A stretch of 64,000 nt of DNA from Eledone cirrhosa (lineage: Eukaryota), in NCBI GenBank assembly GCA_964016885.1, contig OZ024750.1:37138001-37202000 (forward strand), read 5' to 3'. Below the pieces are notes generated by a model, which did not search any database, had not been told where the DNA came from, and saw only the letters and a program-made list of their open reading frames with translations. A program made the position numbers and the translations under genes. Positions 16,259 to 34,317 of this stretch are shown here, one piece after another. The first letter of the stretch is position 1; every line of letters starts with the position of its first letter.

Positions 16259-16686
16259 ATATAATTACATATACATGTGTGTGTTTATATTGTATACGTG
16301 TACGTGTTTGTGTATGTATGTGTATGTACGTGTTTATGTATTTGTATATGTATATTTATGTGTGTGAGTGTGTGTATGTGTTTACTATTTCGTACGTATG
16401 TATATGTGCTTTTGTGTGTATTACTTACCACGCGTGTCTGTCCTGTTAGCTGGGGCATGTATCGCTGTCAAAAATTTGTTAATATATATTTATATATTTT
16501 TTTCTTATATTTATTTGCGTGTGTTAACATGTAGTGGAGTGCATTCATGTATGTGTATGTATGTACGTTGTATGTTTGTGTGAATGTATGTATGTGTGTG
16601 TATATATATGTGTGTGTATGTGTATGCTTGTACACACACATGTGTGTGTGTGTGTGTGCGTGTGTGTGTGTGTATGTGTATATATG

Positions 16687-16727
<41 letters not shown>

Positions 16728-16760
16728 GGATATGTACATGTGTATATATATGTGTGTGTA

Positions 16761-16791
<31 letters not shown>

Positions 16792-17089
16792 GTGTGTGTG
16801 TGTGTGTATGAATATATGTATGTGTATATGTGTGTATATATGTGTATGTGTGTGTAGGTGTACGCTCTTTATATATATATATATATATGTGTATATGTAT
16901 ATGTGTATGCGTGCATTTATATATATGTGTATATATGTATGTGTGTGTAAGTATGCTTTTGTGTTTTTTTGTGTGTTTGCATGTGTAGTTTTATTTTATT
17001 TTTCCTTTCCTTCTCCCTTTTCCAGCCTCACTTTCATATAGATTGCATTTTTGTCTTTAGAATCCATATTCAATAAACAAACCAGGATT

Positions 17090-17149
17090 TTTCATTCTGA
17101 GGATTGAAAGCAAAACCTTTTGCTTTTAAGAAACCACTGGTAAATGGAA
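17090..17149 (+). ncRNA. Hammerhead ribozyme of family A pLTR (also 21351-21410 +, ~28403-28462 +, ~25845-25905 -)
   Basis: tttcatt-CTGAGGA-ttgaaagcaaaa(cc)ttttgcttttaa-GAA-ACC(act)GGT-A-aatggaa; GUA triplet. Confidence 0.85.
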
Positions 17150-17378
17150 TAATTGCCTTATGTTGTTTATTACATAATAATAATAATTAAGCTCTGTTGC
17201 ATACATAGAGCACTCTTTTTTCCTGGACTTTTCCGATGGATTCCATCGGAAAAACTTCATTTATACAGCTCCAACCGGGATTGATCGCAGCATATTCGAT
17301 ATTACATATACGATTGGCACTTTCCAGCCCGATTAGTTGAGCACTCTACAGTTTTCAGGAATTTAACCAACATACACC

Positions 17379-19508
17379 ATGGACCTTTATGATTTGGATT
17401 ATTCTATCAAAAATATACCCACTCCTTCCAACACAACATACACCAAAATCCTCATTGATAAAATCGAGCAAGTCGTTAAAAGAATGAGATGGAAGGCAAT
17501 GGTTTACGATGGACTATTCAGTGCTGATACTAAAGATTATTTTGACATTAAATCCCGTAAATATCCACCTAGAATTAAAGACATGGCTAACTTCGAATTA
17601 GACCTCGTTAATCTAATTAGTGATATCAAATTTCGTAAGTACAATTTTCAAACTAAACTTTCTCACGATATCTCTAATTTTAGAAATTCTACAAACACTT
17701 TCGTTCTTTCTGATAAAACCAAAAACCTCTTTGAAGTTAATAGTAATTTGTATAACCAACTTTTAACTAATAGTATTACCAATAAATATCAATTAACTAA
17801 TAATAATAGCTACAATACTATCAATAAAGAAGCTAAAGAACTAGCTAGTTCTTTACAAATAGATAACCGGATTGAAAGCTTAGCTAAGCGTAAAGCATAT
17901 ATTACCCTTAAAGACCATAAATTGGACTTTACTAATCGACCTAGTTGTAGACTGATTAACCCGGCTAAATCCGAGGTTGGCCTTGCTAGTAAGAAAATCT
18001 TAAGAAAAATAATTCTCCAAATTAGAACTAACACTGTCCTTTCACAGTGGCTAAATACTTCCTCTGTTATTTCTTGGTTCAATAATATACAAGGTAAAAA
18101 TAAGTGTAGATTTACCCAATTTGACATTGTCGATTTTTACCCTTCTATTACTGTTTCCTTATTAACTAAAGCCTTAGATTTTGCAAGACCCTTCATTAAT
18201 ATCTCCAAATTAGAAGAGGACATTATCTTTCATGCTAGAAAAACTTTACTTTTTACTAATGATAATATTTGGGTTAAAAAGTCAAACCCTGAAAACTCTT
18301 TCGATGTTGCAATGGGTTCTTATGACAGTGCGGATGTGTGCGACTTAGTAGGATTATTCCTTCTCCACACACTCAAAGAGAAATTTCCGTCCCATAATAT
18401 CGGTTTATACCGTGATGACGGATTAGCAGTTTCTCATACCACCAATGGCCATAATCTTGATAAATTCCGTAAAGATTTAATTAGTACCTTTGCTAATCTT
18501 AACCTTAAAATTACTATAGATACGAACCTTACTAATGCTAACTTTCTTGATATTAATCTTGATCTACTTACTGCCTCTTTTAAACCCTATCATAAACCTA
18601 ATGAAAATCTTAGGTATATACACAAAGAGTCTTGCCATCCCCCTATAGTTTTTAATAATCTTATTCCTAACATTAGCCGTAGGATTTCTACCTTATCTTC
18701 GTCTATAGACATTTTTAATAAAGCCGCCCCTTATTATAATAAAGCCCTTAAGAACAGCGGTTTTACAGAAAATATTTCTTATTTACCTACTCCCCCCCCC
18801 CCTAAAACTAACCATAATAACAGGAAAAGGAAGATTATTTGGTTCACACACCCCTTCTCTCTAAATGTCAAAACTAATGTAGGAAGGAAATTCCTTGAAC
18901 TATTAGACAAACATTTTCCTCCTATTCATAGATATTATAAGATTTTTAATAGGAATGTAGTTAAGATCAGCTACTCTTGTTGCCCATCCATGAAGTCCAA
19001 AATCACCAGTTCAAACCGTACGAGGATAAATCCAGGATGCAGTTGCAGGAAGCCGGATGAATGCCCATTGCAGGGTAAATGTAACACAAAATCTGTCGTT
19101 TATGAGGCTAAGATAACGCCAGTTATCAACAACCAGCCAGCCAGAAGCGAGCGATATGTCGGTATGACCCAGGACAGGTTTAAAACCAGATTTTACTCAC
19201 ATGTCGCTTCTTTTAAACACTCAGATAAACGAACATCAACGGCCCTCGCAAGTAAGGTATGGGATCTCAAGGATAGTAATATCCCGTACTCTATTGATTG
19301 GTCTATATTAGACCATTCGAGGGAGTACCAAAGGGGCACAAAGAATTGTTCTTTGTGTACCACAGAAAAGTATAGGATTTTGCTAAACTTGAGAGACACT
19401 TCCGCTTGCCTTAACTCTAAGACTGAGATCTTCAGATGCTGTCCTCATCTGAAATCGCATCTGATCTGTAACTGGATTGACACTCCTACGATAAATCAAC
19501 CGCCTTGA
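17379..19508 (+). CDS. PLE family A polyprotein: reverse transcriptase + GIY-YIG endonuclease (intact, 709 aa)
   Basis: SDKT, QFDIVDFYPS, AMGS, YRDDG, FLDI; RKRKIIWF; CSCRKPDECPLQGKC linker; VVY...YVGMT; C-terminal CxxC and C..H. Confidence 0.95.
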   Translation: MDLYDLDYSIKNIPTPSNTTYTKILIDKIEQVVKRMRWKAMVYDGLFSADTKDYFDIKSRKYPPRIKDMANFELDLVNLISDIKFRKYNFQTKLSHDISNFRNSTNTFVLSDKTKNLFEVNSNLYNQLLTNSITNKYQLTNNNSYNTINKEAKELASSLQIDNRIESLAKRKAYITLKDHKLDFTNRPSCRLINPAKSEVGLASKKILRKIILQIRTNTVLSQWLNTSSVISWFNNIQGKNKCRFTQFDIVDFYPSITVSLLTKALDFARPFINISKLEEDIIFHARKTLLFTNDNIWVKKSNPENSFDVAMGSYDSADVCDLVGLFLLHTLKEKFPSHNIGLYRDDGLAVSHTTNGHNLDKFRKDLISTFANLNLKITIDTNLTNANFLDINLDLLTASFKPYHKPNENLRYIHKESCHPPIVFNNLIPNISRRISTLSSSIDIFNKAAPYYNKALKNSGFTENISYLPTPPPPKTNHNNRKRKIIWFTHPFSLNVKTNVGRKFLELLDKHFPPIHRYYKIFNRNVVKISYSCCPSMKSKITSSNRTRINPGCSCRKPDECPLQGKCNTKSVVYEAKITPVINNQPARSERYVGMTQDRFKTRFYSHVASFKHSDKRTSTALASKVWDLKDSNIPYSIDWSILDHSREYQRGTKNCSLCTTEKYRILLNLRDTSACLNSKTEIFRCCPHLKSHLICNWIDTPTINQPP

Positions 19509-19934
19509 ACTCCTTCTCTGCTCTTTACTTTTGCTACGGTTTTTATTTTGCTGCTTCTACCTTCTGTACTCTTGTATATTTAAAATTTTTTTCTCCCCTA
19601 CCTCCCCTTATATTTTTACCTCCTCTTAGCCCCCCCCCCCCCATATATTCTTTTTGTTTTGCCCTTCACATACCTATGTGTATGTGTATGTATTTTTGTG
19701 TGTATATATGTATATGTGTACGTATGTATATGTGTACGTATATGTTTGTGTATGTATATGTGTATGTATGTATGTATGTATATATATGTATATGTATATA
19801 TATATATATGTATATATGTCTGTATATATATGTATATATATATATATATATGTGTGTGTGCGTGTCTGTATGTGTGTATATATTTGTATATTTGTGTGTG
19901 TATATGTATGTATATGTGGATAAACCAGGCTTTT

Positions 19935-19994
19935 TTTCATTCTGAAGATTGAAGGAAACTTTTTTTGCTTTTAAGAAACCTCTGGTGAATGGAT
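19935..19994 (+). ncRNA. Degenerate paralogous hammerhead (GUG triplet) at the start of the family A pLTR
   Basis: catt-CTGAAGA-ttgaaggaaa...ttttgcttttaa-GAA-ACC(tct)GGT-G-aatg; a further-mutated copy (CTGTAGA) at 27341. Confidence 0.65.
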
Positions 19995-20405
19995 TAATTG
20001 CCTTGTATGGCTTTATTACTTTACTACTATATATACGTTTATGTAAGGTTCATTTGTCTTATCTAATACTGAGCTTTACACATACACACATGTATATGTG
20101 TGTGTGTATGTGTATGCATGTGTGTATGTGTACGTGTATGTGTGTATATATATATATATTTATATATATATGTGTATATATATATGTGTATGTATGTATA
20201 TGTGTGCGTGTGTATTTATTTATTTTTATGTATGTGTGGGTTTGTGTGTGGGTGTGTGTGTGTGTATGTGTGTGTGTTTGTATTTGGTTGTGCGTTCTTT
20301 TGATATATACGTATTTGCATGTGTATAATTGTTTAGCTATGTATGTATATGTGTGTTTACGTATTTATATGTGTGTGTGCGTTTATATTTTTATATTTTT
20401 GTATG

Positions 20406-20511
<106 letters not shown>

Positions 20512-20952
20512 AGTGTGTGTGTATATAATTACATATACATGTGTGTGTTTATATTGTATACGTGTACGTGTTTGTGTATGTATGTGTATGTACGTGTTTA
20601 TGTATTTGTATATGTATATTTATGTGTGAGAGTGTGTGTATGTGTTTACTATTTCGTACGTATGTATATGTGCTTTTGTGTGTATTACTTACCACGCGTG
20701 TCTGTCCTGTTAGCTGGGGCATGTATCGCTGTCAAAAATTTGTTAATATATATTTATATATTTTTTTCTTATATTTATTTGCGTGTGTTAATATGTAGTG
20801 GAGTGCATTCATGTATGTGTATGTATGTACGTTGTATGTTTGTGTGAATGTATGTATGTGTGTGTATATATATGTGTGTGTGTATGTGTATGCTTGTACA
20901 CACACATGTGTGTGTGTGTGTGTGCGTGTGTGTGTGTATGTGTATATATGTA

Positions 20953-20993
<41 letters not shown>

Positions 20994-21021
20994 ATATGTA
21001 CATGTGTATATATATGTGTGT

Positions 21022-21073
<52 letters not shown>

Positions 21074-21512
21074 ATGTATGAATATATGTATGTGTATATG
21101 TGTGTATATATGTGTATGTGTGTGTAGGTGTACGCTCTTTATATATATATATATATATATGTGTATATGTATATGTGTATGCGTGCATTTATATATATGT
21201 GTATATATATATGTGTGTGTAAGTATGCTTTTGTGTTTTTTTGTGTGTGTTTGCATGTGTAGTTTTATTTTATTTTTCCTTTCCAGCCTCACTTTCATAT
21301 AGATTGCATTTTTGTTTTTAGAATCCATATTCAATAAACAAACCAGGATTTTTCATTCTGAGGATTGAAAGCAAAACCTTTTGCTTTTAAGAAACCACTG
21401 GTAAATGGAATAATTGCCTTATGTTGTTTATTACATAATAATAATAATTAAGCTCTGTTGCATACATAGAGCACTCTTTTTTCCTCGACTTTTCCGATGG
21501 AATTACTTCATT

Positions 21513-21563
<51 letters not shown>

Positions 21564-21564
21564 G

Positions 21565-21595
<31 letters not shown>

Positions 21596-21692
21596 GTATA
21601 TATATATGTATATATATATATGTATATATATATATGTATATATATATGTATATATATATATATGTATATATATGTATATATATATGTATATA

Positions 21693-21787
<95 letters not shown>

Positions 21788-21788
21788 G

Positions 21789-21838
<50 letters not shown>

Positions 21839-21842
21839 GATA

Positions 21843-21882
<40 letters not shown>

Positions 21883-21884
<2 letters not shown>

Positions 21885-21936
21885 CTCTTTTACCTGTTTC
21901 AGCCATCCGGCTGAGGCCATGCTGGGGCACCGCCCT
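21883..21936 (-). mobile_element. ~53-bp 3' stub of CR1-like family 1
   Basis: Reverse complement of 9316-9369. Confidence 0.85.
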
Positions 21937-22038
21937 TATGTATATATATATATGTATATATATATATGTATATATATATATGTATATATATATGTATATA
22001 TATATATGTATATATATATGTATATATATATGTATATA

Positions 22039-22133
<95 letters not shown>

Positions 22134-22146
22134 GTATATATATATG

Positions 22147-22223
<77 letters not shown>

Positions 22224-22236
22224 GTATATATATATG

Positions 22237-22267
<31 letters not shown>

Positions 22268-22268
22268 G

Positions 22269-22382
<114 letters not shown>

Positions 22383-22399
22383 TATATATATACATATAT

Positions 22400-23779
22400 A
22401 CAGCACGGCCTAGAATCAAAAGGCCTTAAAATTAACCTGGCTAAGACAAAAGTTCTAGTTTGTAGGAAAGAAAATATAGCGGCAGTCCCATCTGGGAAAT
22501 GGCCATGCTCAGTGTGTAGGAAAGGCGTAGGTAGAAACTCCATTTTATGTCCCAAATGCAAAGTATGGGTGCATAAAAGATGTAGTGGGATCACAGGTAA
22601 GCTAACTAAGAACATAGATTTTACATGTGCAATAAGTAGCAGCAAGTGCCCACGAATACTAGCTCCTTCAACTGCGCAGAGGGTTCTATAGAAATAGTGG
22701 ACAGCTTCCGTTACCTGGGTGACAAAATCAGCAGTGGGGGAGGGTGCTCTGAAAGTACAGTAGCTAGAGTCAGAACTGGATGGAAAAAGTTCAGAGAGCT
22801 TATACCACTATTAGCCGCTAGAGGGTTCTCCCTAAAAATGAAAGGCAGGTTATACGATGCCTGCATACGAACATCAATGCTGCATGGCAGTGAGACCTGG
22901 GCATTGTGTGCAGAGGATATACGCAGACTAGAGAGGAACGAAGCTTGCATGCTCCGCTGGATGTGCAATAGTAATATACGTGAACGGCAAAGCATAAACG
23001 AACTAAGGAAAAAATTAGAAATAAGAGGGATCAGATGTTGTTTACTCGAGAGAAGGCTACGTTGGTACGGTCACGTGATGCGCATGAAAGACGACAGCTG
23101 TATAACAAAGTGCAGGGCAATAAAGATAGACGGTAGCCACGGAGTAGGCAGACCCAGAAAAACATGGGACGAGCTGATAAATTCCGACCTCACACGCTTA
23201 CACCTCTCCAAGACAATGTCACTGGACCGAGACCTTTGGCGGTACTCAGTAATAGAGAAGACCCGCCTTACCTAAATACAAAGTAAAAACCTACTACAGT
23301 CAGTAGGCATCTCTATCAAAACACCCCCCCGTCCCACCACCTCCACCCCACCCACACCGCCCCTTTCAATGTACAGTTATGTTGGTCCCACAACATCCAG
23401 GCCGAAACAAATGAGATCGTGTAGGTGTCACGACAAAAAAACACACAGTCCACGCTGTAAATGTGGCCGTGTAGGCAACACGGTAAAAACCTCCCAGCCC
23501 CACACTGTAAATGTGGTTGGTGTTAGGAAGGGCATCCAGCTGTAGAAAACCCGCCAGACAGTCCACGCTGTAATGTGGCCGTGTAGGCAACACGGTAAAA
23601 ACCTCCCAGCCCCACACTGTAGATGTGGTTGGTGTTAGGAAGGGCATCCAACTGTAGAAAACCCGCCAGACAGTCCTATGCGAGCAAGACAACCACTCTT
23701 GCCTCAAGTGGGAAAACCCCCGCCCAAACCCATGCAAGCGTGGAACACGGACGCTAAACCTGATGATGATGATGATGAT
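22400..23779 (+). mobile_element. 5'-truncated, disrupted RTE-clade LINE (RT C-terminus with Cys-rich finger, 3' UTR, (GAT)n tail)
   Basis: [38 protein letters not shown], then FRYLG...RRLRWYGHVMRM..GRPRKTW after a frame break; 113-bp tandem duplication at 23446-23676. Confidence 0.85.
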
Positions 23780-23811
23780 ATATACATATATATCTATATA
23801 TATATATATAC

Positions 23812-23907
<96 letters not shown>

Positions 23908-23968
23908 GTATATATATATATGTATATATATATATGTATATATATATATGTATATATATATATATTTG

Positions 23969-24045
<77 letters not shown>

Positions 24046-24048
24046 TTG

Positions 24049-24113
<65 letters not shown>

Positions 24114-24116
24114 TTA

Positions 24117-24166
<50 letters not shown>

Positions 24167-24216
24167 TATATTTATATATATGTATATATATGTACATATA
24201 TATATATATATGTACA

Positions 24217-24247
<31 letters not shown>

Positions 24248-24253
24248 TTTTAA

Positions 24254-24730
<477 letters not shown>

Positions 24731-24924
24731 GATAAATCTACCAAGAGTTTACGGTAGTGTCCAATCCGTATGAAGAACTCAATGTAATCCGGATATCATG
24801 GAAAGAAGAGATGCAATGAAAAATCACTTTCGGTGAAAGATAAACGGAATACAGAGTCAAGATAAAATATTTAAAAAATAGTGAATAAAACAATGAAACA
24901 GTTCCTTATATTAAACAAAAAAAG

Positions 24925-25078
24925 TTCATTATTTAACGATCGTTTCTAGGATATATATGTGTTGGAATTGGCATGCATATTCAACAGATCTATGTACAAA
25001 ATTATACAAAATTATACAAACTATCAAAATTAAATATACATACCAACACATATATATGCCGTCTTCAGAAATAATGAA
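24925..25078 (-). ncRNA. Family B hammerhead with long helix II
   Basis: Reverse complement of the motif at 55442-55595. Confidence 0.75.
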
Positions 25079-25679
25079 ATATATTTATTGATAATAACAA
25101 CAATTCAAAATTACAGGTCTGTTTGGGAACAGAGTTCAAATTGACCAATGAAAACACAAAAAGTTTATACAGTTAGGTGTATGTATATATGTAAGTAACT
25201 TCGTTCACAGATATGCATAAAAATATATATGTGTTCACATGCATGCGCATGCCGAAAAGATGTATGTAAATACAAAAATTCAGGGCTAATGTCTCTGTAT
25301 GTTTATAATCTACAGATAAAATACGTATATGCATATAAACATATAAATATAAAAATAAATATATACACATTCATATACTCACACATATACATACATTCAC
25401 ACACACACGCGCGTATACGCATAAACATACACACAACCACGAACATACATACACACACACACCTCCACATACATATATGTGTATATACTATTATCATAAG
25501 CATATGGACATTAATGCGCGCACATAAACACTGCCACACACATTAAGATCCAGATACAGAAAGTAGGTGGGGGGGGGGGAAGAGGTCAGTATTTACAGGT
25601 GTCAGCAAACTGCCTATTTATAAATGTATCTATAAATTTAGAAATAAAAAGAAAAAGAAAAAAGAAAAATATAAAGAAA

Positions 25680-28562
<2,883 letters not shown>

Positions 28563-28570
28563 ATTCACAC

Positions 28571-28601
<31 letters not shown>

Positions 28602-28888
28602 TATAAACAAGTAAAATATAAAATATACATCGATATACATACATATACATATATATATACATATATATATATATACATATATATACATACATATACATAC
28701 ACATATACATAAACACATACATACACATACATATACATACACACACCATATAAATACACATACACATACACACACGCATACATATAGAGACACATACATA
28801 TACACATAAAAATACATAGACATATACATATATACACACATGTATATATATATATATATACACACATACATACATATATACATTCACA

Positions 28889-28952
<64 letters not shown>

Positions 28953-28956
<4 letters not shown>

Positions 28957-31900
28957 AATTAAGTTAAAAATGTACATCCACATATGTATACTGAAATACT
29001 AGTATGCATATGAATACACACACGTGTACATATGTAGATGTACCGAGTTTTTCACTGGACACTTTACTGTGAGTGTCCAGCTATTCTGTATGTAAACACA
29101 CACACAAACCGGTTTTCGAGGAAACACCTTTCCTCTATTCTCCAGAAAGCCAGACAAGGAATATTGGACTAGTTTCGATGTTGTTACATCTCATCAGCAA
29201 TATTTACCTATCTTCCGGCCTTTCTAGAGAATCGTAAAAGCACATATCGTTATATGCTTTTTCTATGAAAATTAGCAATGGGCAGACCAATTTGCATAGA
29301 GCGTGAGTACGTACCGGTTCAGCGGAGACGATAAAAACAAATAACGAAACGAAATTAAATTTCGTTTCGTTTGTAACTCACTTTTGTATGACTGACGCTT
29401 AAACAATTAAGTTAAAAATGTACATCCACATATGTATACTGAAATACTAGTATGCATATGAATACACACACGTGTACATATGTAGATGTACCGAGTTTTT
29501 CACTGGACACTTTACTGTGAGTGTCCAGCTATTCTGTATGTAAACACACAGACAAACCGGTTTTTAGAGTCATGCTGGTTTTCGAGGAAACACCTTTCCT
29601 CTATTCTCCAAAAAGCCAGACAAGGAATATTGGACTAGTTTCGATGTTGTTACATCTCATCAGCAATATTTACCTATCTTCCGGCCTTTCTAGAGAATCG
29701 TAAAAGCACATATCGTTATATGCTTTTTCTATGAAAATTAGCAGTGGGCAGACCAATTTGCATAGAGCGTGAGTACGTACCGGTTCAGCGGAGACGATAA
29801 AAACAAATAACGAAACGAAATTAAATTTCAATATTCCTTGTCTGGCTTTCTGGAGAATAGAGGAAAGGTGTTTCCTCGGAAACCAGTATGACTCTAAAAA
29901 CCGGTTTGTCTATGTGTTTACATACAGAATAGCTGGACACTCACAGTAAAGTGTCCAGGGAAAAACTCGGTACATCTACATATGTACACGAGTGTGTATT
30001 CATATGCATACTAGTATTTCAGTATACATATGTGGATGTACATTTTTAACTTAATTGTTTAAGCGTCAGTCATACAAAAGTGAGTTACAAACGAAACGAA
30101 ATTTAATTTCGTTTCGTTATTTGTTTTTATCGTCTCCGCTGAACCGGTACGTACTCACGCTCTATGCAAATTGGTCTGCCCACTGCTAATTTTCATAGAA
30201 AAGGCATATAACGATATGTGCTTTTACGATTCTCTAGAAAGGCCGGAAGATAGGTAAATATTGCTGATGAGATGTAACAACATCGAAACTAGTCCAATAT
30301 TCCTTGTCTGGCTTTCTGGAGAATAGAGGAAAGGTGTTTCCTCGAAAACCAGTATGACTCTAAAAACCGGTTTGTCTGTGTGTTTACATACAGAATAGCT
30401 GGACACTCACAGTAAAGTGTCCAATGAAAAACTCGGTACATCTACATATGTACACGTGTGTGTATTCATATGCATACTAGTATTTCAGTATACATATGTG
30501 GATGTACATTTTTAACTTAATTGTTTAAGCGTCAGTCATACAAAAGTGAGTTAAAAACGAAACGAAATTTAATTTCGTTTCGTTATTTGTTTTTATCGTC
30601 TCCGCTGAACCGGTACGTACTCACGCTCTATGCAAATTGGTCTGCCCACTGCTAATTTTCATAGAAAAAGCATATAACGATATGTGCTTTTACGATTCTC
30701 TAGAAAGGCCGGAAGATAGGTAAATATTGCTGATGAGATGTAACAACATCGAAACTAGTCCAATATTCCTTGTCTGGCTTTCTGGAGAATAGAGGAAAGG
30801 TGTTTCCTCGAAAACCAGTATGACTCTAAAAACCGGTTTGTCTGTGTGTTTACATACAGAATAGCTGGACACTCACAGTAAAGTGTCCAGTGAAAAACTC
30901 GGTACATCTACATATGTACACGTGTGTGTATTCATATGCATACTAGTATTTCAGTATACATATGTGGATGTACATTTTTAACTTAATTGTTTAAGCGTCA
31001 GTCATACAAAAGTGAGTTACAAACGAAACGAAATTTAATTTCGTTTCGTTATTTGTTTTTATCGTCTCCGCTGAACCGGTACGTACTCACGCTCTATGCA
31101 AATTGGTCTGCCCACTGCTAATTTTCATAGAAAAAGCATATAACGATATGTGCTTTTACGATTCTCTAGAAAGGCCGGAAGATAGGTAAATATTGCTGAT
31201 GAGATGTAACAACATCGAAACTAGTCCAATATTCCTTGTCTGGCTTTCTGGAGAATAGAGGAAAGGTGTTTCCTCGAAAACCAGTATGACTCTAAAAACC
31301 GGTTTGTCTGTGTGTTTACATACAGAATAGCTGGACACTCACAGTAAAGTGTCCAGTGAAAAACTCGGTACATCTACATATGTACACGTGTGTGTATTCA
31401 TATGCACACTAGTATTTCAGTATACATATGTGGATGTACATTTTTAACTTAATTGTTTAAGCGTCAGTCATACAAAAGTGAGTTACAAACGAAACGAAAT
31501 TTAATTTCGTTTCGTTATTTGTTTTTATCGTCTCCGCTGAACCGGTACGTACTCACGCTCTATGCAAATTGGTCTGCCCACTGCTAATTTTCATAGAAAA
31601 AGCATATAACGATATGTGCTTTTACGATTCTCTAGAAAGGCCGGAAGATAGGTAAATATTGCTGATGAGATGTAACAACATCGAAACTAGTCCAATATTC
31701 CTTGTCTGGCTTTCTGGAGAATAGAGGAAAGGTGTTTCCTCGAAAACCAGTATGACTCTAAAAACCGGTTTGTCTGTGTGTTTACATACAGAATAGCTGG
31801 ACACTCACAGTAAAGTGTCCAGTGAAAAACTCGGTACATCTACATATGTACACGTGTGTGTATTCATATGCATACTAGTATTTCAGTATACATATGTGGA

Positions 31901-34317
31901 TGTACATTTTTAACTTAATTGTTTAAGCGTCAGTCATACAAAAGTGAGTTACAAACGAAACGAAATTTAATTTCGTTTCGTTATTTGTTTTTATCGTCTC
32001 CGCTGAACCGGTACGTACTCACGCTCTATGCAAATTGGTCTGCCCACTGCTAATTTTCATAGAAAAAGCATATAACGATATGTGCTTTTACGATTCTCTA
32101 GAAAGGCCGGAAGATAGGTAAATATTGCTGATGAGATGTAACAACATCGAAACTAGTCCAATATTCCTTGTCTGGCTTTCTGGAGAATAGAGGAAAGGTG
32201 TTTCCTCGAAAACCAGTATGACTCTAAAAACCGGTTTGTCTGTGTGTTTACATACAGAATAGCTGGACACTCACAGTAAAGTGTCCAGTGAAAAACTCGG
32301 TACATCTACATATGTACACGTGTGTGTATTCATATGCATACTAGTATTTCAATATACATATGTGGATGTACATTTTTAACTTAATTGTTTAAGCGTCAGT
32401 CATACAAAAGTGAGTTACAAACGAAACGAAATTTAATTTCGTTTCGTTATTTGTTTTTATCGTCTCCGCTGAACCGGTACGTACTCACGCTCTATGCAAA
32501 TTGGTCTGCCCACTGCTAATTTTCATAGAAAAAGCATATAACGATATGTGCTTTTACGATTCTCTAGAAAGGCCGGAAGATAGGTAAATATTGCTGATGA
32601 GATGTAACAACATTGAAACTAGTCCAATATTCCTTGTCTGGCTTTCTGGAGAATAGAGGAAAGGTGTTTCCTCGAAAACCAGTATGACTCTAAAAACCGG
32701 TTTGTCTGTGTGTTTACATACAGAATAGCTGGACACTCACAGTAAAGTGTCCAGTGAAAAACTCGGTACATCTACATATGTACACGTGTGTGTATTCATA
32801 TGCATACTAGTATTTCAGTATACATATGTGGATGTACATTTTTAACTTAATTGTTTAAGCGTCAGTCATACAAAAGTGAGTTACAAACGAAACGAAATTT
32901 AATTTCGTTTCGTTATTTGTTTTTATCGTCTCCGCTGAACCGGTACGTACTCACGCTCTATGCAAATTGGTCTGTCCACTGCTAATTTTCATAGAAAAAG
33001 CATATAACGATATGTGCTTTTACGATTCTCTAGAAAGGCCGGAAGATAGGTAAATATTGCTGATGAGATGTAACAACATCGAAACTAGTCCAATATTCCT
33101 TGTCTGGCTTTCTGGAGAATAGAGGAAAGGTGTTTCCTCGAAAACCAGTATGACTCTAAAAACCGGTTTGTCTGTGTGTTTACATACAGAATAGCTGGAC
33201 ACTCACAGTAAAGTGTCCAGTGAAAAACTCGGTACATCTACATATGTACACGTGTGTGTATTCATATGCATACTAGTATTTCAGTATACATATGTGGATG
33301 TACATTTTTAACTTAATTGTTTAAGCGTCAGTCATACAAAAGTGAGTTACAAACGAAACGAAATTTAATTTCGTTTCGTTATTTGTTTTTATCGTCTCCG
33401 CTGAACCGGTACGTACTCACGCTCTATGCAAATTGGTCTGCCCACTGCTAATTTTCATAGAAAAAGCATATAACGATATGTGCTTTTACGATTCTCTAGA
33501 AAGGCCGGAAGATAGGTAAATATTGCTGATGAGATGTAACAACATCGAAACTAGTCCAATATTCCTCGTCTGGCTTTCTGGAGAATAGAGGAAAGGTGTT
33601 TCCTCGAAAACCAGTATGACTCTAAAAACCGGTTTGTCTGTGTGTTTACATACAGAATAGCTGGACACTCACAGTAAAGTGTCCAGTGAAAAACTCGGTA
33701 CATCTACATATGTACACGTGTGTGTATTCATATGCATAATAGTATTTCAGTATACATATGTGGATGTACATTTTTAACTTAATTGTTTAAGCGTCAGTCA
33801 TACAAAAGTGAGTTACAAACGAAACGAAATTTAATTTCGTTTCGTTATTTGTTTTTATCGTCTCCGCTGAACCGGTACGTACTCACGCTCTATGCAAATT
33901 GGTCTGCCCACTGCTAATTTTCATAGAAAAAGCATATAACGATATGTGCTTTTACGATTCTCTAGAAAGGCCGGAAGATAGGAAAATATTGCTGATGAGA
34001 TGTAACAACATCGAAACTAGTCCAATATTCCTTGTCTGGCTTTCTGGAGAATAGAGGAAAGGTGTTTCCTCGAAAACCAGTATGACTCTAAAAACCGGTT
34101 TGTCTGTGTGTTTACATACAGAATAGCTGGACACTCACAGTAAAGTGTCCAGTGAAAAACTCGGTACATCTACATATGTACACGTGTGTGTATTCATATG
34201 CATAATAGTATTTCAGTATACATATGTGGATGTACATTTTTAACTTAATTGTTTAAGCGTCAGTCATACAAAAGTGAGTTACAAACGAAACGAAATTTAA
34301 TTTCGTTTCGTTATTTG

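Noticed and set aside
17379-19508. Selenocysteine recoding as reported for some Naiad PLEs
   Set aside because: No in-frame TGA replaces a Cys in the A, B or C ORFs; the breaks in B are frameshifts.
30224-34134. Repeated 60-aa ORF (MSSYSVCK...)
   Set aside because: Non-ATG start, antisense to the hammerhead, no recognisable motif; repeated only because the unit is.
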